This document shows, piece after piece, positions 10,390-22,300 of a DNA stretch of 64,000 nucleotides (positions are counted from its first letter, which is position 1; every line of letters starts with the position of its first letter). The notes beneath the pieces are model-generated. The model was not told the origin of the DNA, ran no database searches, and saw nothing but the letters and a program-made list of their open reading frames with translations. Source of the stretch: Aplysia californica (lineage: Eukaryota); the NCBI RefSeq assembly GCF_000002075.1, contig NW_004797286.1:2226053-2290052 (forward strand), in the 5' to 3' direction. The position numbers and the translations under genes are program-made.

Positions 10390-13300
10390 GTGAGTGGTTG
10401 TGATTGGTCTTTAACTACTTTAAGATTTTGGGAATATTGTACGTTATAAAGTTGGATTTTAAAATATTTTGTTAGGAAACGTATTTGGTGCAAATTATAT
10501 TCTTGAAGAAAAAAATTATACACAGTCAAAATTGTCTAATAGAAACGGCCACCCATTGTCGAGGAGAAAAGTGGCTGTCTTAGATAAAGACAAATGGATG
10601 TCTTACACAGTGTCATGCGAGGGGGGAACTGGGATGTGGTAGTTTGTTCTGGTGATTATCTTTTATACAGGTGGCCGTTAGAACTGGTTCGACTGTATTT
10701 TGAATTGCAGTGAACTGAAGGGTGGGGGGCTCAGCTCACAATGTTAGCTTTGAATTTTCACACATTATATTATAGCCAACTGAAGGAATGTGTCTTGTAC
10801 ATCTGCAACTTTAAAATGAACTCCCACATACTTGATAAGAAGCATTGTTCCTTGGGTTTGGGTCCCTTTTTATTTTTTTTCAATTGAAAGGTTTGGGTCC
10901 CTATTTTTTTTTCAATTGAAAAATATTCTGACATGTCATGATGTAAAAATATTGTTTTTTCTTCTCTTACAATACACCACAGGTGCCCTTTGACACATTT
11001 TGGCCGGAATTTCTATACCTGGTGAAGCACCCTTTGACAGTATATGACAGACAACCAGCTGTAGAGAAAACAATTGAGTTCTTGTCCAAAGCTGTTACTG
11101 AGCTGGCAATTGCACATGCCAACACAACCGGTCAATCTGCAAAGAAAAAGAAAGATGACAAAGAAGCACAGAAAGAGGATGATGCTTCGGATGAAGAGGA
11201 AGGCGATATGCATCCCCTGCTGATGAATTTTTTTGAGTTTCTCCTTGATGTAAGTCCTATGCATCTGTCTTTATGGAAAATATTTCTTCCTTAAAATATT
11301 TCTGTCTTAGCGAAAGCCAGATTATGCCAGCCTCCATAAATGCCCTGTGAATTTGAGAATAAAATCACTTAGACCCAGGAATTTAAGGAAATCTCCAGAA
11401 TGACCGGAGAAAGCCCAGAGAAAATGAGTTTTGTTCTACAAACAGCGAAAACCTAAGCTGATATGGTAAAGAGGTCCAGTTTTTTGGTGGCATTTGTAAT
11501 TTATTTGACTTTCCCCGTTCTGTGAATAACTTTTGTGTTAATAAGCGGAAATGGCAGATGTGAGATGTCATTAAAAACTCAGATAAATCAAGGCTGTGCA
11601 ATCTCTATTTGAATAATTATGTTCTAATTTTTATTGCCTTACCACCCAGAATCCTCAAATTATGGCCTGATAACTGTCATAGTTATGATACGCGAATGAT
11701 CAATGTTCGTTGTTATTGTGAAAATTAGTTTGATTAAGTCTACTTTTGCACTATTTTCTTCTCAAGTTGTGTACACCCTTCATTCATAGTTTTAGAAATT
11801 CATGTACTTTTGATGGGAGAAGAAATCTGTTTTAAGCATCTGCTCAAAGAAATGTGCTGTTATTGGCTCTTCACATTGAAGAGTAAGTCTTTTCCAGGGG
11901 TCCTCATTGTAATGTCTTCTTCCTGGAGATCATGTACCCCAGTGTCTACCTATGTGTTAGAATTGTTAGCTCTCTGAACTCTCTATCTTTCTGCAGGTTC
12001 ACTGTGCAAAGGATAAAGGCATAAGATTCAGAGTGTGCCAGTTGGTCACCCGATTGCTTCAGAATCTTGGTGAAGGAGCCAAAATTGATGACAGCTTGTA
12101 TGTCAGGATTTATCGTTGTATGGTGGAGCGCCTGAGAGACAAATTTCCTCTTGTCCGAGTCCATGCAGTTTTAGCTCTTACAAGACTTCAGGATCCATCA
12201 GATGAAAACTGTCCAATCACCAAAGGTTTTTATCTGTGTTTTTGATTTTGTTTAAGTCAAAGTGTTGAAATTCCTTTGAAGATTGATCTTGTTACTTTTA
12301 CCAACTTTTCAATGTTGTTTAGTTATTGGAAATACAGTGAAAAAAGAGCAATGATTTGTCGCCTTTCGCGTTAACAAATTGCTTGCAACTTGGAAGATCA
12401 GGTCTGATAGCATGCTGTAAGTGTACAGCCTGTGTTATAGCTCCTTCAACGTAAGATTTATCAATGGTGTCCCATGTTGAGAAATTGGTGTCTTAGTGCT
12501 TAGACCAACAAACTTATGATCCACATGGCAATTCAAAAGCATCCCTGGTGGAAATATCAGCTACAATTTTTTTATTTTTTTTACATCAGTCTTGCTCATA
12601 GTTTTCAAGTCTTTCATTTGGAGGATCAAGTATGGTTAAGTAGCGACTATGGCAATGAACTAGTGGAAAACTATCTTCATTTATATAAATGTTTTCCACT
12701 TCATCTGCAGCCTATATCATTTTGATGACAAGAGATCCAAATGTAGAAGTGAGAAGAATCATCCTCACTTGCATTGCGCCATCCACATTCTCTCTTCCTG
12801 CCATCATTGGACGCACCCGTGATGTCAAGGACACTGTCCGGCGGACTGCTTACACTGTCATTGCTGAGAAGATTCCTCTGAGGGCTTTGAGAATCGAACA
12901 GAGAATTAGACTCTTGCAAGATGGTCTCAATGACAGATCAGGTAATGTCCAAAGTGATACTGTATGTAATGTCTCTTAATTGAGCTAAAAGACAACCAGC
13001 ACCCATGTGCTATTAGATTCATTATTTTGAGAACGGTTCTTTGTGTTTGTTTATTATTGTTAAGGATTTTGTAGTGTTTGACACGTAAACTAATATTTCA
13101 AGCTTCTTTCATTGTAAATTTGATTACACACACTTTAATAATAATAATAAATTTCAGCTTTACTAAGAAAGTGCTCAATGCACATGACAATTATTCAAAG
13201 AACACATAGAGGGTTCCAATAGTGGTCCTGTCTCTNNNNNNNNNNNNNNNNNNNNNNNNNNNNNNNNNNNNNNNNNNNNNNNNNNNNNNNNNNNNNNNNN

Positions 13301-16300
13301 NNNNNNNNNNNNNNNNNNNNNNNNNNNNNNNNNNNNNNNNNNNNNNNNNNNNNNNNNNNNNNNNNNNNNNNNNNNNNNNNNNNNNNNNNNNNNNNNNNTC
13401 ACTCACAGCATAGGGATGAACAGAAACACCTCTGGCTTGGGCGAAATACAGGTCTAGGTCTGGACCTAAATCCACTGAATTTGAAGTTGAATCCTCGCCA
13501 TTACCACTGTCAATGCTTTCACTACTACAACCACTACTGTACTCGTAGTCTTGATCAAGGTCTCCTGTATCACACAGGTTTTCAAACATTACTCGCCTGG
13601 TAATTTGGCCAATGAGACGTGGCTCTCTTTCATCCAAGTAGAAAAAGTGGGTGGTTGGCGGGTGTTCTGGTGTGGTTTGCTTCTTCTTTCCTATCAAACA
13701 TCTATCGTACTTTTCTCCCCTTCTTCTTTTTTATGTTTGTTTCTCTCTTGTAACACCTCTAATCTTCTGGCGCTCATATGACCTTATGCAGTTGCGAGCG
13801 CAGTAAAACTCTCTACTAAAACTAAAAACAAGTAGAGAAAGTACTACAGTCCAACCTCATGGAGTTCACTGTTTGTAGAGACCATTGCCTGCACCAAGTG
13901 CAGAGTTTAGAGCTGATTGGCTGACTATTTTTAACGCATAATTATCTGATGAGAGGTTCTAGTAGACAGGGAATCCGACATAATTAATGGTTTCTTTTTC
14001 AGATGTCTGTTTTGGAGCAGACATTGACGATCTTGGTACCCCATTCCTTCCTGCTGTCTTGTCTTCATGATCAGCTCAGTTTTTCTCTTTTTTGTTATTC
14101 GTTGTAAAGTTGTTCAGGCCATCTGTGTATGTTGTTCTTTGTTTTCCTCTGCTCTTTCCCTCTATCTTTCCACACAACAGCAATTTCTCTTGTCCAATTG
14201 ATTTCAAAGAATCTCAATTGTCTTTTTCTTATTGTTTTGATTATTGATCTTTCACAACCTGCCATTTGGAGCACTTCTCTATTTGTTTTCCTCTCTGTCA
14301 ATGAGATTCTAAGTATTAAATACCACATTTCAGCAGCCTCCAGTCTTCTCTCTATGTCCTTGTTTTGAGTCCAGCTCTTGCATCCATATAAAATGACTGA
14401 CCATGCATATGCTTTCAGGATTATTTTTTGTTCACTGTTATGTTTCTGTTTGAGAGGATGGGTGTCATCTTGATGAAAGTTTCTCTAGATATTGCAATCC
14501 TCTTTATATATATAGATCTATATATTTATTTTTTTAAAATTTTTTTTTTTGCATCTGGTGTAATTGTGCAACCAAGGTGTGTAAAACTTGACCTGTTTTA
14601 TTCTTTCATTCTTACATGTGATGTTGCATACTGGGATGTCAGCACTTTTTTAGATCACCACACATTTCATTTTCTTAATGTTCAGTGGTAGGCCCTTCTC
14701 TTCTCTTTTCTCTGTCACTCTAGTTAGAATCTCCCGGAGCTTAGACTCAGAATCAGCTATTAAGGGTTTGCATTGTGTATTCCAGGTAAACCAAGAAAAC
14801 GGCTGACAGGGGTTTTAAAAAATTTCATTCATGACTTTTTAAAATTTTTATTTGATCCTTCAATTTTGTAGTGTAAATTCTCTACGAGTAAAGTATGTAA
14901 AGCTAGAAAAATAATTGCATTTGTCTGCTTTTATTTTATGGTATTACTTATTACATTGAAATGGGTGGCACATAATGTTGTTTTTAATTTTGAAAGTCTT
15001 TATTCCTACCTCCACATGCATTATGTTGTATTATGTTCTTCTAACTTTGTGGGTGGTTGGCAGGTGCTCTAGTGTGGTTTGCTCCTTCTATCCTATCAAG
15101 TCTCTATCATCTTTATCTCTCCTCCTTTTTGCTCTTACTCTCTTGTAACACCTCTAATCTTCGGCACTGATATGACTTAATTATGTTGCAAGTGCCGTAA
15201 AGCACTTACAAAAACAAGTTCTTCTCTTTGATGCACAGAGATGGTTAAAGCTGCTTGCTCCAACAAAATGCTTCAAGCCTGGCTTTGTGCCAGTGAGGGC
15301 AATGTCCTGGATTTACTGACCAGACTAGATGTTCAGAGCTCTTCAAAGACTTGTGAATCAGCACTCAAGATTCTGTTCAAGAACTCAAGTGTTTTTAAAG
15401 TTATTGAACTGTTTACCATCATTGATGAGAAGTAAGGTTTTCCATTTGCCGTCTTGTTTTCTTCCCAGTATGTTGTTCTTAAAGTGATAGAAGAAACAGT
15501 CTGAATTCATAAATAATAATAATAATAATAGATAGCATTTGTATAGCGCATATCCCCGCTCAACAGCAGGCTCTATGCACTTTACACTATATTATTACCC
15601 CAGCAGACCATAGAACACTCCGAAACATTCTCAGCTTCCCGGGAAGCATACAGTGCAAGCAGCTGATTAAGCGCTCAAACACTAACAAACTGACAAGATC
15701 TTTCGCTGTCTATAGCCGGGTACCCATTCACACCTGGGTGAAGTGAGGAAAATTCGTGTAAAGTGCCTTTCCCAAGGACACAACGTCGGGTCCCTGACGG
15801 GATTCGAACCCACGACCATACGGTTGCGAGTCCGAGAGCCTAACCAGTAGGCCACCGACGCCACCATCTTGAAGGACATCTCAGATTTCTAAAATCTTCC
15901 AGACACTTGTATTTTATTTCTTATCTGTGTACTTGCTTAAAATATAATGGTCCTTTATGACTCTCGATAGAAGCTAGTCTTCAAAAATTGTCAGAAATTT
16001 TGTTTTTATGGCTATGTGGGCTTTGTAGTGAGGACAACTCCTTATCTCCGGCAAGCAGTCCCACTGGCTTGCGATCGAAACAGCTGTGCATTTATTTACG
16101 ACTTCTATGTCAGATTAGTTTTCTGCAGTTGCCAAAGACAGGTTCCAGTAAAAGATGACAATATGAAATAGGTTCATTTATTTTAATTTTATGACCAATT
16201 TAATATGCTCGTATATGTCACTTTTAGATTTCACATTAAAAAAGGGCCCTGGCATCATGGGCTTACCCTCCTCGGAGATAAAGAGTTTAAGAATTACTAA

Positions 16301-19300
16301 TTGGTTTTTGCTGTTTGAATTACGGGAATATTTTGCTTTCGTGTCTCTCAGAGCTCTTGTTCCAGAGGAAAAACTGACGTGTGAAAGTGCCTTCTATTGG
16401 CGCAACGTGGTGCAGTATGTTCAGCAGGCTGGAAATGAGTATGATGAACAACTGGACAAAGTCAGACCCAACTGTTTGGATTTTTGTGATTATCTGGAAG
16501 GGTATGCTTCTCTGATTGCTGTACAATTTTTTCTTGCACTCGTTTCATTTCAAAATTAAATTTTTATATCAAGAATGTAAAGAGATAGGTTTAATCCTCA
16601 TTCCAGGTGAATGTTTGAGAAGCGAAGGTCGAGAAACATTGAGATTTAAAAAGAGAAGGCTGATTTTTCTTGGCGATGATTCTATTTATTTCAGACTTCT
16701 TGGTTCAATCTGGAAATTAATTTTGTTTGCTTAATCCGCTATAGGACAGAGAAGAAAAACGCATTACCAACTTCAACTGGGGTAAGGGTGGAGGAGGGTT
16801 GATGGAAGAAAGCCAAATCCTCATGGAATTGTATTGGCTATGAACTTTCTGATTTCAGAGTAACAAAACAGCTGATGAACTGCACAGACCTTGACAAAAT
16901 GCTCGACATAGAATTCATGATTCAGCAACTTTTACAGATCCTCCTGTGCATGGATCTGTCTGATCAAGCAAGCAGGTGTGTAAGAAATGATTGAACCTTT
17001 TTTACTTGCTTTGCAATTGAATGTTTGAACTTTCCAATTTATATTATCTCAAAGTTGTAGTGTTAGAAATTGAGTAAAGAAGTAAAGATCGGTCTGCCCT
17101 GTGTACGAAAGCCCAAGTATGCCTTGCTGTCCTAAAAAAATGTATAACTGAGTTTTAGACAAAATTATGTGATTGGTATTTTCAGAAAGGTGATTGCAAA
17201 CTCTTGGTGACATTGATTATTTATTTTGTAGAATGTGAAGTTATATGAAAAGGTGGAGGAGATAAAGCACGTTTTCTTGAAAATGTACAGTTACATTTTG
17301 TCATTTAGCACATTTAGTAAATAACGTTATGAAGAACATTGTTCTCTCACAACATAATAGCTTTCTTAAAATCTTTTGTTGATATCAACTATGACTATTT
17401 GTTGCCGCACCATTGAGTCCTCTCTAATTTTCATTTGAATTGTTATTGTGTGATAGATTTTTTGGTCTTTGTACACATGCAATTGGCTTTAAACTCAATA
17501 GTTTGCTTCTTTATACTTACAATTGGCTTTACACTTTGAAGACAGTTACCTCTCGCCATTGCTGTTTATCTCGCTTCTTTCTCTGTTCTTTCAGTCTGTT
17601 GTGTTACTTTTTCCCCGCACTATACTGTCATCTTTGTGCTTTGAATCATCTTGCCATCTGGTTTTGTACACATACATGATGCATTTTTTTGTCAGAGCTT
17701 TAAATGTGACAATAATCATTCTTTTAGTTGTCCCAACTTATTGTTGGTGGGACACTTGACTGCTGTGGGTTCCTGATTTTCAAATTTCTGCAAGGATTTC
17801 TCAGAACTGAAGTCTTCTCTGCCTCACTCTGTGCTACTTTGAAGTTTACATTGTGTGGACAGGGGTGTAATACTCTGATCAAGAGTCTCAGATTCCCTGG
17901 ATTGTTCTACCTGGAAGCCATTTTTTTTCTATTATTTTCATAATTTTCATTAAAGTCGGTAAGAACAGTTATTGTGGGTGGTTGGCGGGTGCTCTGGTGT
18001 GGTTTGCTTCTTCTTCCCTATCAAACATCTATCGTCCTTATCTCCCCTTCTTCTTTTTTATGTTTGTTACTCTCTTGTAGCACCTCTAATCTTCTAGCGC
18101 TCATATGACCTTATGCAGTTGCGAACGCCGTAAAACCTCTACTAAAGCTAAAAAAAACGTTATTATTCTCAATATTTGTTTCTGTTTAACCCCATATCAA
18201 CAGTCAATTAACTGTCTTTTTGTTTGCAGATTAAAATTAATAAATTTTGTGTTATTTTCACAAAATGCACTTTGTGTCCCTGGTTCTAATAATCAGCCAT
18301 ATTTCACCACAGGAAAAGGGCAGAGAAACTTTTGAGGAATCTGTTGCTGTCAGACCATGTGGGTTCTTCTCTCGTGGATCACATCTTACCTTGCCTTGGC
18401 CAGCTCCATACAGACACAGAGGAACTGGTCAACGTTGTAGCTGAGATCATCTCTGAGATCAGGGAGCCCATCACATCTGTCGAGAAAGAAATCTCAAAAG
18501 CTGACCGCAGAGATTTAGATAAAAAGGTTGTTCTCTGGCTGTGATACTGTTTCTGGATAAAATGTTAATGTCTTTTTTTTTTTAATTTCTAAAAAAACTT
18601 TGGTTTACTAACAGTTTGAACCTGTAGTAATTACTATTTTCTCAATTATGATAACATCAAAACGAAAAGACATTCTTGACCAAACGATGGTTTTGTTAAC
18701 CTCTCGAGTGATCGTATGTTAAGGAGAACAAAAAAAACCTTAATCCTCTAAGATGGAAAGCTTTAATTTATTATGTGCTGATATGTTCCTTGCTCTTTGG
18801 CGTAGCAAAGAGTAAATTATAGTCACAATCAGCAAGTGCCAGATGTGCGACAGACATCCAAGATCATGGTTCTCCTTTATTCCTTTTCTCAGATGCTCTT
18901 AAAAAAAAGCTATATTATCCTGATTTTTTCCCCTATCACCCATCTGTTTAGGCTGTCCAAGTTCATTGTTCTGGGTCTTCTCTGCCTCGTTTGCCTTCAA
19001 TTTTGTTAGTGAGAGCATAATCCTCTAAGAATACAAATAGCTCCAGTTATCTCTGCTTTTTTATTTGTAACATTTTTGTTTTACTTTTTAAGTACGTACT
19101 GTGTATAAAGATGTGATGGTGCTGTTTATACTGTAATTGTTTTGTTTTTCTTTCACATTATCAGATTGCTGGTATCCGAGTGAAGCTGAACCAGCTGAGG
19201 GAAGAACTCGGGGAGTGTATTGAGAAGCAGGATTTCGAGAGGGCAGCTCAACTAAAAACTGACATCTCTAACCTAGATGCTGAACGATCCTCTCTATTGG

Positions 19301-22300
19301 AAGAGACAGAACCCAAACTGGAGGAAGTACGCACCCAAAGGGTAAGCTGTTTTCATTCACTATAAGGATTTGGCTTAGATATATGTCTTATTACTTTGTG
19401 TATGTGTGTGTGGTGAAACACAAAACCAGTGTGCCAGCATCTGGACAATGAAGATTTATCTTATCTTATCTATCTTATTACTCTATTTAAGTTTGTTGGG
19501 TTTGTTTTTTTCTCACTATATTACATATTTAAGTTTGATTTAGCTTTTTTGAAAATCATTGTCCAGACATTATTACATAAAAAGCCTATTGTTTCCCTTG
19601 GAAAAAACTTGTTCCTGCCTTGGTGATATGTTGTATTTCAGTGACAACTTTTCTTTAGGATGGCAAGTTACAGCAGTTAGTGACTTATTGATTATAATTT
19701 ATAAATGCAGTCCTGTGCTTTGTACCGCCATCGTACATTCTGTACTTGTGTACTTTACTTCCTGTATATGTTCAACTACCAGTCTAAACGGTGTCAGTCG
19801 AGTTCTGATATACAATTACCTTTTTATGAAAAGATGTTTTGCACCATCTAAAGAAATGCTCATCAGTACTAGTTTAGTTAAATGGCACCCAGCCTTTTGA
19901 AGAAAGAAGGGTTGCAAATGAAGCAGATAGAAGTAGCCTCAACCTTTCTTTACAAATTGATTTATTGATTTTCCTAATTTTTGTCCACTGAATTTTTTTA
20001 CAGGATGACCCTCTCACAATGTTGAAATGCATTACCGTTGTTTGTGAGCTGCTGACTTCACCCAAGATCAAAACATTGACATCTACTCTCCAGATGCTTA
20101 TGGAAGCTCAGGTAAGAGTTTTGGTGGAACTGACCTTTTAGACTGGGGTTGTTTTCACTCTTCAAACACTGATGTTGCTGTCTATTATTAGTGATGTAGG
20201 TCTTCTTTCTTTCACAAAATTAGATGTTATTTAACGCCAGTACTATCTGTGCTTACTTTCAAAGTCACCTTCGCCCCTACAGAATGTTTCTTGCAATTGT
20301 TTTATATTTGTAAATGCAACATTTTAACAATCTTTTACCTAGGTGTTGCCAGGTGTTAACATTGTAACAATCTTTTAACTAGGTGTTACCAGGAATGACC
20401 AACGAAGAAGCTGAAGTGAGGAATGCTGCTGTCAAGGCAATTGGTCTTTGCTGTCTCATTAAGAAAGATGTCATCATGCAGCATTTGCCTCTTCTGTTGC
20501 AGGTATAGTATTCTCATGCAGACCTACCAACTGCAGTCTAGCACGCACATAGTAAAATTGCCAGGACCCGGAAATCTTCTCACTATGTAGATGTTTTTTA
20601 ATTTAAAGAACATGTAAGAACATATGGGGACCTGGAATTCTGTTTGTTATTTGCATGCAAGATTGTATTTTAAAAAATCTGATTCCCCAAACTTTTGCCT
20701 CTTCTGTCGAATTTCAAGTTGGATTTATTTTATGAAAATGCTTTTCCAGTATTTCTCTTATACAAGGGCATGGTTTTTATAGCTGACTTTTGAGCTGTTT
20801 TCCATCTCTTCTTAGTTGACATTTGAATTCTAATGATAACTGGACTTGTTCGGGTGGTTTGAAGACTCTAGACTGGTGGGTCTTCTTTTCTTTCCCTCTG
20901 TTGTTTCTGTCTGTGTGTCTTACTTTTTCCCTCTGTTTCTTTTTACTCTAACAAATCTGTGCTTTCTTGAATTTGCGTATTCAGTTGAGTTCAGCTACCT
21001 TAATATTGGGAGATTCCTATTGTTGTTGGGGGTAGGGGATTGTGAAAAGACTGAGTGGAGTGAGACAATGGGACAATTTTCCTTTCTTTTCTTTTTTTAA
21101 CTCTTCGGGGGTTGGCAGGTCTGCTTGATATGGGCGTTGTTCGTTTTGTCTCTGTACACAAAGCACTTCTTGACTCTAACCCCATCAGGGATTTTGTAAT
21201 AATCTCTTCTTTTGAGCAATAAAGATCAGCTTTTGTGATTTGTCTACCCCAGTGGCAATCCAAAACCCATTAATTGTACGGTATTCCATTCCTTTTTCCC
21301 TTTGTGCTCCACTCTCATGAAACTTTTCAACCTGTACAAGTAACAATATCTATCACTGAACATTTTGGTTTGACACAAGCATAAATTTTAATTTCCATTA
21401 TAAGAAAATTTCAGTTACTGGCCTCTCCCAACATCACATTCAATGTTCTACACACTGGCCTGACACAAAAGTTGAAAACCTTCCTGGAGTTAGGCTTGTG
21501 TTCCAGACTCTAAAGTTGGATAGTGAGCATTCTTTTCTCAACTTTACGCCGTTGCTATTTTTATATCTTTTTCTGTTGTAATGTGACATCTCTTCTTTGT
21601 AATCAGGCCACCCAGATGGACACTCACCTTGTCAGAACTACTGCTATGCAGTGCATCTTTGACATTGTGCATGTGCATGGCTTGGACACCTTCAGTGATG
21701 AGGGGAATGCTTCCAGTCAGGAAACTAACAAGTCTTGTGCAGAGAGTGAAGCTGACCACACAAATGTCACTGACGCATCAGAGCTGGCTGACTCTACTGT
21801 CGGCTCTGTTAATGAAACTGCCGATGAGACAAAGGATGCAACTGCTGCCAGTGAAAAGACTGGGTGGAGTGAGACAGCCAGTAAAATCATTGCCATCCTA
21901 AGTGCATATTTAGATAATGAGGTATTAACTGTTCATTTGTGCTCATTTCATGTTATGACATGCATTTTATCAGAAAATGTTTCTGGAATCTCTTCTCTTT
22001 TTTTTGTACATACTTGCTCTGTGTATTACTATCTCGTAATATTTTCCTTGCTTCACAATGCGTTTTTCATCCAGTCTCTTCAACGATAGTGGAGGTGAAA
22101 AAATTTAACTTTAAAGGATGTTTTAATCATAGATTTTAGAGTTTCATTATATGCCTATCTATTACAAAATGAAATGGTTCGGGCAAAATAAGGAATAGTG
22201 GAAGTGTATATATATGTAAGTATAAACTTTTGTTTGTGAAGCAGTCTGAATGAGAATTTATGGTGGCATTCAACAGCACAGCTCAGAGATGTTTTGATTG

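Noticed and set aside
13191-13697. 168-aa minus-strand ORF
   Set aside because: Starts inside the retroposon and runs into an N gap; the reconstructed pre-insertion frame has an upstream stop; no recognisable domain
13940-13985. Hammerhead ribozyme core CTGATGA (also 39222 and several minus-strand hits)
   Set aside because: No correctly placed stem II plus GAAA; the 39222 hit is a Sola subterminal repeat
15790-15865. tRNA genes at 15790-15865 (minus), 8179-8255 and about 9620-9705 (minus)
   Set aside because: The first two continue into SINE bodies and tails; the third has decayed boxes and no clear cloverleaf
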